Shown here in pieces: positions 15,653 to 23,878 of a stretch of 24,000 bases of DNA (its first letter is position 1; each line of letters begins with the position of its first letter). The DNA is taken from assembly GCF_001274535.1 (NCBI RefSeq), contig NZ_CP012410.1, positions 755,126 to 779,125 of the forward strand, written 5' to 3'. Position numbers and translations under genes: made by a program. Source of the stretch: Leptotrichia sp. oral taxon 212. Its GTDB lineage: Bacteria; Fusobacteriota; Fusobacteriia; Fusobacteriales; Leptotrichiaceae. The notes below the pieces were generated by a model. That model had not been told where the DNA came from. It did no database searches and saw only the letters and a program-made list of their open reading frames with translations.

Positions 15653-16651
15653 ATGAAAATAGGGAGAATAATAAAAATTATAGCATTTACAATAATATTT
15701 TTTATACTGCAAAGTTGTGTAAAAATTGAAACAAGTATGAATGTAAATTCAGATTTATCAGGAACATCCAGTTCAGAAGTTTCAATTATGAAAAATTTGA
15801 TGCCTGAGGAAGAGCTGAAAAAGGAAATTGAAAAACTGGGAATAAAGAAATTTGAATTTGAAAAAATAGAATCAGATGACAATACAGTTGACAAATATAA
15901 TATAAAACTTGAATGGAGAACAGAAGAGGAACTTGAGAAGATACTTTCTTTTATTAATACCGGTATGACAATGTCCGAGGTAAATTCTCCAATAACTTCC
16001 CCATTAACTGGGAATAAGGAAAAAAGTAAGAATAACACAGAAAATACTGAAAATCAGAAAAAAGATGAATCAAAAACAGTTGAAATTGAAACAAAAGATG
16101 AAAATAATGATAAAAATAAAAAACATGTTGACAAAAATGGAAAAGAAAACGTTGAGAAAAAGATTTTTACTAAGGAACATGGTGTAGTAACTGTAAATAT
16201 GGGTGTTGTCAAGATAAATAAATTAGTTGTAAAAGTAGATGGTAAAATAATACCTGATTCTGTTCAGGAGGGTATAGTTTCAGATTCTAAAAATGAAATA
16301 ACATTCTATGAGGGAGATAAAGTTAATTTCAAATATAAGAATAACAGTCTTTTACTTCCAATTTTAATAGGAACAGGAATAGCTGTTGTTATTATTGGTA
16401 TAGGAGCTGTTATATTTGCATCAAAAAGAAAAAAGAAAAGTAATGAAGAAGAAGAGTATGATGAATTTGCTGAAGATATAAAGCATGAAATGGAAAGAAA
16501 AAAATCAGCAGATGATGCAGATGATAATGAAAAAACAGAAGAAAATTTAAATGAAGTTTCTGAAGAAGTGACAGAAATATCAGAGGACAACGGAATTAAA
16601 TCTGAAAATGACAGTGATGAGAAAGAGGAAATTTCAGGAGAAAATATATAA
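15653..16651 (+). CDS. Putative lipoprotein with a C-terminal TM helix and a long acidic tail (possibly LppM/DUF3153-like)
   Basis: GGGAGG (15637-15642) favours ATG 15653 (MKIGRII...) over 15635. The signal and lipobox read IIFFILQSC. CVKIETSMNVNSDLSGT resembles the start of LppM-type domains, but this is a weak recollection. A TM helix follows (LLLPILIGTGIAVVIIGIGAVIFA), then KRKKK and a Glu/Asp-rich ~80-aa tail. Confidence 0.6.
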   Translation: MKIGRIIKIIAFTIIFFILQSCVKIETSMNVNSDLSGTSSSEVSIMKNLMPEEELKKEIEKLGIKKFEFEKIESDDNTVDKYNIKLEWRTEEELEKILSFINTGMTMSEVNSPITSPLTGNKEKSKNNTENTENQKKDESKTVEIETKDENNDKNKKHVDKNGKENVEKKIFTKEHGVVTVNMGVVKINKLVVKVDGKIIPDSVQEGIVSDSKNEITFYEGDKVNFKYKNNSLLLPILIGTGIAVVIIGIGAVIFASKRKKKSNEEEEYDEFAEDIKHEMERKKSADDADDNEKTEENLNEVSEEVTEISEDNGIKSENDSDEKEEISGENI

Positions 16652-16675
16652 TATAAAAAAATAGGTTGACAAATT

Positions 16676-17569
16676 ATGCAAATAAATAGATTATTTGAGA
16701 TGCTTCATATGATGCTAAACAAGAAAAATATTACAGCTAAAGAACTGTCAGAATATTTTGAAGTATCTGTAAGAACAGTATACAGGGATGTAGAAACTTT
16801 GGCTTCTGCAGGTATCCCTGTATATTCTTCAAGAGGTAAAAATGGTGGAATTAGATTACTGGAAGGCTATACTTTGAATAAATCACTGATTTCTCAGGAT
16901 GAGCAGAATGAAATAATGTATGCACTGCAAAGTCTAAAGGCTGCAAATTATCCAGAATCGGAGGGAACTTTTAAAAAATTGAGTTTGATTTTTAATAAAT
17001 CGTCAGATAACTGGATAGAAATTGATTTTTCCAGATATGGAAGTGATGATAATGTTTTATTTGAAAATATAAAGCAGGCGATACTGAAAAAATTGATAAT
17101 AAAGTTTACATATTTTAATTCAAGAGGGGAAAAATCCTATAGAACAGCTGATCCACTGAAAATATGGTTTAAAGAGAAGGCATGGTACTTATTTGCTTAC
17201 TGTCATAATAAAAAAGATATTAGGCAGTTCAAAATAAATAGAATAAAAGAGCTTATTCTTACAGAAGAACATTTTGAAAAATCGCTGGAAAATTTTAAGA
17301 TGAATAATAAAAAATCTAAACTAAAAGATGTAAGAGTTGTAGTTGAAATAGATAAATCACAGGCATATCGTGTTTATGATGAATGTTCGGAAGAAAATAT
17401 AAGTAAAATGGAAAATGGAAATTTTGAAATTATAATGGAATATCCTGAAAATGATTGGGTTTATGGATATCTTCTATCTTTTGGAGAATATTTGAAAGTG
17501 AAAGAACCTAAGAGAATAAAAAAAATTTTATTTGAGAAAATTGAGAAAATGAAGGAGAATTATAAATAG
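16676..17569 (+). CDS. YafY-family transcriptional regulator (HTH_11 + WYL domain)
   Basis: 297 aa. MQINRLFEMLHMMLNKKNITAKELSEYFEVSVRTVYRDVETLASAGIPVYSSRGKNGGIRLLEGY is the classic YafY N-terminus. The WYL region reads KAWYLFAYCHNKKDIRQFKINRI. Confidence 0.85.
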   Translation: MQINRLFEMLHMMLNKKNITAKELSEYFEVSVRTVYRDVETLASAGIPVYSSRGKNGGIRLLEGYTLNKSLISQDEQNEIMYALQSLKAANYPESEGTFKKLSLIFNKSSDNWIEIDFSRYGSDDNVLFENIKQAILKKLIIKFTYFNSRGEKSYRTADPLKIWFKEKAWYLFAYCHNKKDIRQFKINRIKELILTEEHFEKSLENFKMNNKKSKLKDVRVVVEIDKSQAYRVYDECSEENISKMENGNFEIIMEYPENDWVYGYLLSFGEYLKVKEPKRIKKILFEKIEKMKENYK

Positions 17570-17604
17570 GAAAATATCATTTATAGATTTTTTCAAGGAC
17601 AAAA

Positions 17605-17613
17605 TGTTATAAT
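17605..17613 (+). promoter_or_regulatory. Extended -10 promoter (TGtTATAAT)
   Basis: TGTTATAAT at 17605-17613, 36 nt upstream of ATG 17650. The RBS is GAAAGGAAGAG. Confidence 0.4.
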
Positions 17614-17649
17614 TTGTTAAAATATTAAAAGTGAAAGGAAGAGTTGTAA

Positions 17650-18321
17650 ATGAAAAAATTTTTAACTATGATATTATTATTTTTAAGCATCTTTGAATTT
17701 TCGAACGCTAAAACCAAAACTTTGAATAATGAAAAGCAGGCTGTCATTAACAGCTTTTATGAATTTATGAAATTTCATACAAGTCCTGAAAATGTCAAAA
17801 AAAATGTTTTTGACAATTCTGTGGATGACACAAATGAAATTTTAGGAAACAATGTAAGCAATCAATTTAAAAAAGATTTAAAAAATATTGCGACAAGTCA
17901 GACAAATAAATCGTTAATAAACGCTGCTGATTATTTAATAATTGCAAACTCAAAAATTTCATACAAAGTATTGGATGCTGAAGTAAAAAAAGGAACAGGT
18001 ATATTAACTGTACATATTAAAGGACCTGATTTTACCGCATATGGCTATGAACTGCAAAATTACGTAAAAAAAATTAGTAATGAAAATAAGAAAAAAATTT
18101 CAAAAATGAATGATAAACAATATCAAACTTTTCTTCTAGAAAAAATTTCTGAATTTTATTTACAATTAGTTAAAAGAAGTGATTTAAAATATATGGAAAG
18201 TGATATCAAAGTGTATGCAAAAAAATATTCTAATACATGGGGAGTGATTCAGGACTACACAATAAATAATGCTATTTATAAGTATTTAGGCTTTGGTTAT
18301 GGTCCAGAACTAATGAGATAA
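17650..18321 (+). CDS. Secreted hypothetical protein
   Basis: 223 aa with signal peptide MKKFLTMILLFLSIFEFSNA. It is Lys/Asn-rich and I recognise no motif. Confidence 0.6.
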   Translation: MKKFLTMILLFLSIFEFSNAKTKTLNNEKQAVINSFYEFMKFHTSPENVKKNVFDNSVDDTNEILGNNVSNQFKKDLKNIATSQTNKSLINAADYLIIANSKISYKVLDAEVKKGTGILTVHIKGPDFTAYGYELQNYVKKISNENKKKISKMNDKQYQTFLLEKISEFYLQLVKRSDLKYMESDIKVYAKKYSNTWGVIQDYTINNAIYKYLGFGYGPELMR

Positions 18322-18393
18322 ATTATAAACAGACAAAAAACTTTTTCCCTTTCTGCTTAACTTTCTTTTTTATTAATATAATAAAAGATTTTT

Positions 18394-18417
18394 AATATGA
18401 CATACTGATGTCATATT
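18394..18417. promoter_or_regulatory. Perfect palindrome AATATGACAT-ACTG-ATGTCATATT, a candidate operator upstream of the VOC/GyrI-like genes
   Basis: The 10-bp arms are exactly complementary (18394-18403 / 18408-18417). The site ends 8 nt before a TATAAT (18426-18431), so it overlaps the expected -35/spacer region. ATG is at 18465. Confidence 0.5.
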
Positions 18418-18464
18418 TCTTGTATTATAATAATTATAGAAAATTTTAAAGAGGAGGAATTTTT

Positions 18465-18866
18465 ATGTTAAATAGTTTTTATCCTGTAATTTTAAGTAAT
18501 AACATAGAGGTAACAGGAAATTTTATAAAAAAATATTTTAATTTTAAAGAAACATTTGTCAGCGATTGGTATATCAGTTTGAAATATGAGAATAACTTTG
18601 AGATAGCAATTATAGATAAAAATCATGAAACAATTCCAGAAGGGTTCAGGCAACAATCCAAAGGAATTATATTAAATTTTGAAGTTGAAGATGTTGATAA
18701 AATATATGAAAGGATTTCAGAAGATAAAGATATGAATATATTGCTAGAAATACAAAATGAGGAATGGGGACAGAGGCATTTTATTTTTGAAGGTCCTGAT
18801 AATCTTCTGATAGATGTTATACAGATTATAGAACCAACTGAAGAATTTTTGAAACAATATAAATAA
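18465..18866 (+). CDS. VOC superfamily protein (glyoxalase / bleomycin-resistance fold)
   Basis: 133 aa with RBS GAGGAGG. The pattern PVILSNNIEVTGNFIKKYFNF...ILNFEVEDVDKIYERI...EEWGQRHFIFEGPDNLLIDVIQ is typical of small VOC proteins. Confidence 0.7.
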   Translation: MLNSFYPVILSNNIEVTGNFIKKYFNFKETFVSDWYISLKYENNFEIAIIDKNHETIPEGFRQQSKGIILNFEVEDVDKIYERISEDKDMNILLEIQNEEWGQRHFIFEGPDNLLIDVIQIIEPTEEFLKQYK

Positions 18867-18887
18867 ATTGAAAAAGGTGGTACAATT

Positions 18888-19382
18888 ATGAAATATGAAA
18901 TAGTAGAAATTAAAGAAAAAACTCTTGTTGGATTAAAAGCGAGAATAAAGGAAGAGAAAACAGCATATGATACAATCTGGAATTTATGGAAAGATTTGTA
19001 TTCTGAAAAAGGTGTCAAAAATGTAAAAGATAGAAAAAACGGTAATCTTATGGGAGTTTATTATAACTACAGTAATGAAAATGGACTTGCGTATGACTGT
19101 CTTACAGGTTGTGAAGTAAAGGATACAAGAGATAAAATCCCTGAAAATATGATAAAAATACAAATCCCTGATGGAAAATATGCAAAATTTGTAATTACTG
19201 GAAATCCTGAAAAGGCAGTTGGAGAGTTTTGGGATAAATTTTGGAAAGAATTGAGTGAAGATTTTTCGGATAATAGAAAGTATACATATGATTTTGAAGA
19301 ATATATAACTAAAGATAATTATGAAATATCAGGTGAAAGCTATGAAAACATGGAAATTCACATTTATATCAGTATAAAATAA
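18888..19382 (+). CDS. GyrI-like (SbmC/Cass2/AraC-effector-binding type) small-molecule-binding protein, copy 1
   Basis: 164 aa with RBS AAGGTGG. MKYEIVEIKEKTLVGLKARI... and the C-terminal EIHIYISIK fit the GyrI-like beta-alpha-beta-beta duplication pattern. Confidence 0.7.
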   Translation: MKYEIVEIKEKTLVGLKARIKEEKTAYDTIWNLWKDLYSEKGVKNVKDRKNGNLMGVYYNYSNENGLAYDCLTGCEVKDTRDKIPENMIKIQIPDGKYAKFVITGNPEKAVGEFWDKFWKELSEDFSDNRKYTYDFEEYITKDNYEISGESYENMEIHIYISIK

Positions 19383-19401
19383 TAATTAGGAGATGATAAT
19401 T

Positions 19402-19875
19402 ATGAAATATGAAATAGTAGAAATTAAAGAAAAAACTCTTGTTGGATTTAAAACAAGAGTGAAAGATGATGAAACAATGTCTGAAAAAATTTCAAATTTA
19501 TGGAAAAAACTGTATTCTGAAAAAGGTGCTAAAAATATAGAAAACAAAATAAATGATAATGCTATAGGTGTTTACTATAACTACAGTAACGAAAATGGAT
19601 TTGAGTATGACTGCCTTACAGGTTGTGAAGTAAAGGATACAGTAGAGAAAATCCCTGAAGATATGATAAAAATACAAATTCCAGAGGGAAAATATGCAAA
19701 ATTTATAGTTATCGGAAATCCTGAAAAAGCTGTTGGAGAATTTTGGTATAAATTCTGGGAAGAATTTGGGAAGGAAAAATCTGATATAAGAAATTATACA
19801 TATGATTTTGAAGAATATATAGCAGGTAATGATTATGAAAATACAGAAATTCACATTTATATCAGCATAAAATAA
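19402..19875 (+). CDS. GyrI-like small-molecule-binding protein, copy 2 (tandem paralog)
   Basis: Start moved to ATG 19402. AGGAG (19388-19392) abuts the track start at 19393 but sits 9 nt before 19402. The 157-aa protein is collinear with copy 1. Confidence 0.7.
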   Translation: MKYEIVEIKEKTLVGFKTRVKDDETMSEKISNLWKKLYSEKGAKNIENKINDNAIGVYYNYSNENGFEYDCLTGCEVKDTVEKIPEDMIKIQIPEGKYAKFIVIGNPEKAVGEFWYKFWEEFGKEKSDIRNYTYDFEEYIAGNDYENTEIHIYISIK

Positions 19876-19894
19876 TCATTAGGAGATAATAATT

Positions 19895-20527
19895 ATGGCA
19901 TTTGATTTTAAAAAAGAATTTAAAAGATTTTATAAGCCATCAGAGAATCCTGAAATTATAGAAATCCCTAAAATGAATTTTATAGCAGTACGGGGAAAAG
20001 GAAATCCCAATGAGAAAGAAGAGGAATATCAGAAAGCCATTGAAATGTTATACGGAGTTGCCTATACCCTTAAAATGAGTTACAGGACACAATATAAAAT
20101 TGAAGGATTTTTTGAATATGTTGTTCCTCCTTTGGAAGGACTCTGGTGGCAGGAAAATGTAAAGCATGAAAATTATCTGCTAAACAAGGAATTATTTAAC
20201 TGGATTTCTTTAATTAGAGTGCCTGATTTTATTAAAAAGGAAGATGTGGAATGGGCTATAAAGTGTGCTACTGAAAAAAAGAAAAAGGATTTTTCAAAAG
20301 TTGAATTTTTCAGCTATAATGAAGGGCTTTGCGTACAATGCATGCATATAGGAAGCTACAATGAAGAACCTGAAACTATCCAAAGAATGAATGAATTTGC
20401 ACAAAATAATGGATATAATATAGAATTAACAGAAAAAAGATATCATCATGAAATTTATTTAAGTGATCCAAGAAAGGTAGATATAAATAAACTGAAGACA
20501 GTGATAAGACAGCCTGTTAAAAAATAG
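19895..20527 (+). CDS. GyrI-like domain protein (210-aa subfamily)
   Basis: MAFDFKKEFKRFYKPSENPEIIEIPKMNFIAVRGKGNPNE...YQKAIEMLYGVAYTLKMSY...PLEGLWW...HHEIYLSDPRK matches the widespread ~210-aa GyrI-like family as I remember it. Confidence 0.75.
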   Translation: MAFDFKKEFKRFYKPSENPEIIEIPKMNFIAVRGKGNPNEKEEEYQKAIEMLYGVAYTLKMSYRTQYKIEGFFEYVVPPLEGLWWQENVKHENYLLNKELFNWISLIRVPDFIKKEDVEWAIKCATEKKKKDFSKVEFFSYNEGLCVQCMHIGSYNEEPETIQRMNEFAQNNGYNIELTEKRYHHEIYLSDPRKVDINKLKTVIRQPVKK

Positions 20528-20577
20528 AGGATTTAAAAGTAAAGTATCAAAATAAGAGTATTGCAAAGAAGTGGAAG

Positions 20578-20624
20578 TCCATTCCAGTTGATAGCTTATC
20601 AGCCGGAATGGATAATTTTTATTT
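20578..20624 (+). terminator. Rho-independent terminator after the GyrI-like genes
   Basis: TCCATTCC (20578-20585) pairs with GGAATGGA (20605-20612). An inner TGATA-GCT-TATCA hairpin is present, followed by TAATTTTTATTT. It overlaps the stop of the convergent GH16 gene. Confidence 0.55.
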
Positions 20625-21605
20625 AGAAGGAACAAATACACGAATATAGTCAATATAGCTTTTTACAGAATTTATTTTCTTTGAAGGATAGCCATTTCCA
20701 CCTACTCCTCCTTGAAACATAATATTCCATGTAGAATTTAATCTATTGTCAGATATTGAATCTTCAATAAATTTATTATATACACCAGTTCCCTTCAAAT
20801 CTGTAGAAAAGGAATAGGTTTTCTTATTGTCAACCCAATAAGAAATAATTGCCTCATTAGGATTTGAAGATGGTTCTACCGATACAGAGTAAACATGAAA
20901 ATCATCTTGTACGCTGGACTTCACGGCAGAGTTTTTCATTTTTCCGTTCACTACATTTTTTTGAAGTTTTCCAGTTTTTTTATTGTATAGATGAATAGAC
21001 TGAGTAACTACATTTTTTCCATTTGTTGGTGTAAAAAATTCTCCTATATCCAACTCTGCAACAGAAGCTCCTTTGTAATGGGCTATCCAGGGAGCATGCC
21101 AAAACCCTTCTTCATTTACAATTTTTGCTCTTACATCAATTCTTAAATACAGAGGATAGAAAACTTTTACAGGATTACGTGAGTATCTGCCTCCTGATGT
21201 AATAAATCCTGAATTCCATGCTTCATAAGATGTTCCATTAGAAGTTGTAACTATTTTTCCTTTCATTCTTTCCGAATTTATTACTAAAACTCCATTTCCC
21301 TGAGAATCTGTTATTTCTGAAACTTTGCTCGCATTGTAAAATTGAATCATTCCCTGTGGCTGACCATAAGTATTATTATTGTCATATACAGACCATTTAT
21401 TTGTATCAATATGGTTATCATTAAATTCATCTCCACCATAATATGTCCAACGTTCGCTTTCTGTGTAAGCGCGTATTGTTGAATTATTAATATGTGGCAA
21501 TGATTTTTCTGATTTTTTATTGTTTATGGTGTTGGAATTAGCTTCGTTTATAGTTAATAGCACAGATATAAGGCATAGTAATTTTATATAAAATTTTTTT
21601 TTCAT
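20619..21605 (-). CDS. Secreted GH16 family glycoside hydrolase (beta-glucanase/endo-beta-galactosidase type; specificity unknown)
   Basis: 328 aa with signal peptide MKKKFYIKLLCLISVLLTINEANS. The catalytic motif ExDxxE is present as AELDIGEF, with surrounding GFWHAPWI and a beta-jelly-roll-like composition. Confidence 0.8.
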   Translation of the reverse strand: MKKKFYIKLLCLISVLLTINEANSNTINNKKSEKSLPHINNSTIRAYTESERWTYYGGDEFNDNHIDTNKWSVYDNNNTYGQPQGMIQFYNASKVSEITDSQGNGVLVINSERMKGKIVTTSNGTSYEAWNSGFITSGGRYSRNPVKVFYPLYLRIDVRAKIVNEEGFWHAPWIAHYKGASVAELDIGEFFTPTNGKNVVTQSIHLYNKKTGKLQKNVVNGKMKNSAVKSSVQDDFHVYSVSVEPSSNPNEAIISYWVDNKKTYSFSTDLKGTGVYNKFIEDSISDNRLNSTWNIMFQGGVGGNGYPSKKINSVKSYIDYIRVFVPSK

Positions 21606-21634
21606 AATTATTTTCCTTTCAAATTATACAAATT

Positions 21635-23182
21635 TTAAACAGGAAAAATAAATGAAAAAACAGTTTCCTGCCCAGGAATACTGGAAACAGATATTTCAAT
21701 ATCGTGTCTTATTGCAATCTGTTTAGCAATTGCAAGTCCTAATCCCATTCCACTTTCATTATTTTCCCCTTCAGATTTATGAAAACGTTCAAATATATTA
21801 TTAATATCCTTATCAGCAATTCCGCTTCCTTTATTTGAAATATCCATTTTAATTTCTTTTATTCCATTTTCTGATACAGTTTTTCCAATATTAATTTTAA
21901 TAGGAGTATTTTCATAAGAAAATTTAATCGCATTATCCAGTATTATAATTATCATCTGTCTTATACGGAAATAATCTCCTTCAAAAATATAATCATCCGG
22001 ATTTTCATTACATGTAACAGTAATATCTATATTTCTAATCCTTGCAGGCTGTTTCATGCTTCTTGTAGCGTCATTTGCAATTTCGTATAAACTAAGCGGA
22101 GATTTTTCAATCGAAAAATCAGTATTCTGCAACTTTGATAAGTCAATCAGATCATTTATCAATTTCTGGAGATGAATACTTTCAGAAAGTATCTGATGAT
22201 GGTATTCACTAATTTTTTCAGGCTCGGTAATAATGTTATCGCAAAGAGCTTCCGTTGAACCTCTGATTACTGTAACAGGAGTTCGTAGCTCATGAGACAC
22301 ATTTATAATGAAATCCTGTCTCATTTTTTCAAAATGTTCACTTTCCTTTGAACTTTTAAAAAGCTGTATAGCCAGTTTATCTATAGTTTGAGCAAGATTT
22401 CCAATTTCGTCATTCTGCTTGACATCTGTCTGAGCTTCATAATTTCCTTCAGCAAGTAATAAAGCTGTATTTTTTATTTTATTCAGAGGTTTTGTAAAGC
22501 TTAGTGAAAGAACAATTGCACTGATACTCGCAAGAGTAAGTGCAACAAAAATACTTATAATGAGAGTATAGATACCATTGTTTAGTGCTGAAGACAGATT
22601 TTCAACAGGAGAATGGAGCAGGGCAACTCCAATAACTTCGCCATTTTTGAAAATAGGAGCGGCAGTAGTCAGTGCTCTTCTATCCAAAAATTCATTAAAA
22701 TTTTCAGTTGTATTAACTGTGCCTTTAAATGCGGCGTTTACAGCCTTCTCTGCATTTTGTGGCAAAATCATGTATGTTTCCGGAATATTTCTTTCAGAAT
22801 TATCTTTTTCCTGAATAATGGAACCTGATTCCTTTTCTATTATCCAAACTTTTGCCATTGCAATATCCTCTATCATACGCATATTTCTTCGATGAGGTTT
22901 TTCACTGTTATGCCCTTCAAAATTTCTTTTCTGTTCGTTATACCATAAGTTTGAAATTATTTCAGAAACCTTTATGGCTCTTGCTTCCAGATTTTTCTTA
23001 TTTAAGCTGACAGTATTTCTTACATACATTGAAGCAAAGACACTTCCTGTAACAACAGAGAAGAGAAATAATGAAATTCCAAAATAGAAAACAAGTTTTA
23101 GAAAAATTCTGTTTTTAAAATTTATTTTTCCAGTTTTAATATAATTTATATTTTTAAAAATATTCATGTCAGTTATCCTCAT
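21635..23182 (-). CDS. Sensor histidine kinase with a ~170-aa extracytoplasmic domain, HAMP, HisKA, HATPase_c
   Basis: 515 aa with two TM segments (FYFGISLFLFSVVTGSVFA and LIISIFVALTLASISAIVLSL). H-box is SHELRTPVTVI, N-box is ILDNAIKFS, and the G2 box is GMGLGLAIAK. Confidence 0.9.
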   Translation of the reverse strand: MRITDMNIFKNINYIKTGKINFKNRIFLKLVFYFGISLFLFSVVTGSVFASMYVRNTVSLNKKNLEARAIKVSEIISNLWYNEQKRNFEGHNSEKPHRRNMRMIEDIAMAKVWIIEKESGSIIQEKDNSERNIPETYMILPQNAEKAVNAAFKGTVNTTENFNEFLDRRALTTAAPIFKNGEVIGVALLHSPVENLSSALNNGIYTLIISIFVALTLASISAIVLSLSFTKPLNKIKNTALLLAEGNYEAQTDVKQNDEIGNLAQTIDKLAIQLFKSSKESEHFEKMRQDFIINVSHELRTPVTVIRGSTEALCDNIITEPEKISEYHHQILSESIHLQKLINDLIDLSKLQNTDFSIEKSPLSLYEIANDATRSMKQPARIRNIDITVTCNENPDDYIFEGDYFRIRQMIIIILDNAIKFSYENTPIKINIGKTVSENGIKEIKMDISNKGSGIADKDINNIFERFHKSEGENNESGMGLGLAIAKQIAIRHDIEISVSSIPGQETVFSFIFPV

Positions 23183-23188
23183 AATTTT

Positions 23189-23878
23189 TTATTCCTGAAT
23201 ATCAAATTTATAGCCTACACCCCATATGGTCTTTATATTCCAGGATTCATGTTCATAGTTGTCAAGTTTTGCGCGAAGTCTTTTTATATGGGAATCGACT
23301 GTTCTGCTGTCACCAAAATAATCATATCCCCAAATAGAATCCAGAAGATTTTCCCTTGTAAAAACCTTATTCCGATTAGTTGAAAGAAGCCAAAGAAGTT
23401 CTATTTCCTTTTTTGTAAGGGAAATATCCTCATCATTTATTTTTACAGTAAAATCACTAAAATTAATTGTAAGGTTATCGTAGGAAAAAATTTTTTCCTG
23501 ATTGATGTTTTCATTAGGTATAACCCGTCTTAAGATGGCATGTATTCTTGCAATAACCTCTCCAGGAGAAAAAGGCTTCACAATATAGTCATCAGCACCT
23601 GTTTCAAGTCCCATAATCCTTTCAAAATCTTCACCTCTTGCAGTAATCATTATAATTGGAACATTTGAGAAGGTACGCACTTCCTTACAAACATCAAATC
23701 CATTTTTTTTTGGCATCATAATATCCAGTAAAACTATATCAAATTTATTATTCCTAATTTTTTCAAGTGTTTCTTCTCCATCATGAGCCAAAGTAACATT
23801 AAAATTATTCTTTTTACAATATTCCTTTAATATGGATACAATCTGGAGATTATCATCAGCAATTAAAACATTATACAT
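23189..23878 (-). CDS. OmpR-family response regulator
   Basis: Start placed at MYNVLIADDN (ATG 23878, RBS AAAGGAT upstream) rather than the track start at 23938. Receiver motifs IVLLDIMMPKKNG and IMITA are present. The winged helix reads LTKKEIELLWLL...IKTIWGVGYKF. Confidence 0.9.
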   Translation of the reverse strand: MYNVLIADDNLQIVSILKEYCKKNNFNVTLAHDGEETLEKIRNNKFDIVLLDIMMPKKNGFDVCKEVRTFSNVPIIMITARGEDFERIMGLETGADDYIVKPFSPGEVIARIHAILRRVIPNENINQEKIFSYDNLTINFSDFTVKINDEDISLTKKEIELLWLLSTNRNKVFTRENLLDSIWGYDYFGDSRTVDSHIKRLRAKLDNYEHESWNIKTIWGVGYKFDIQE

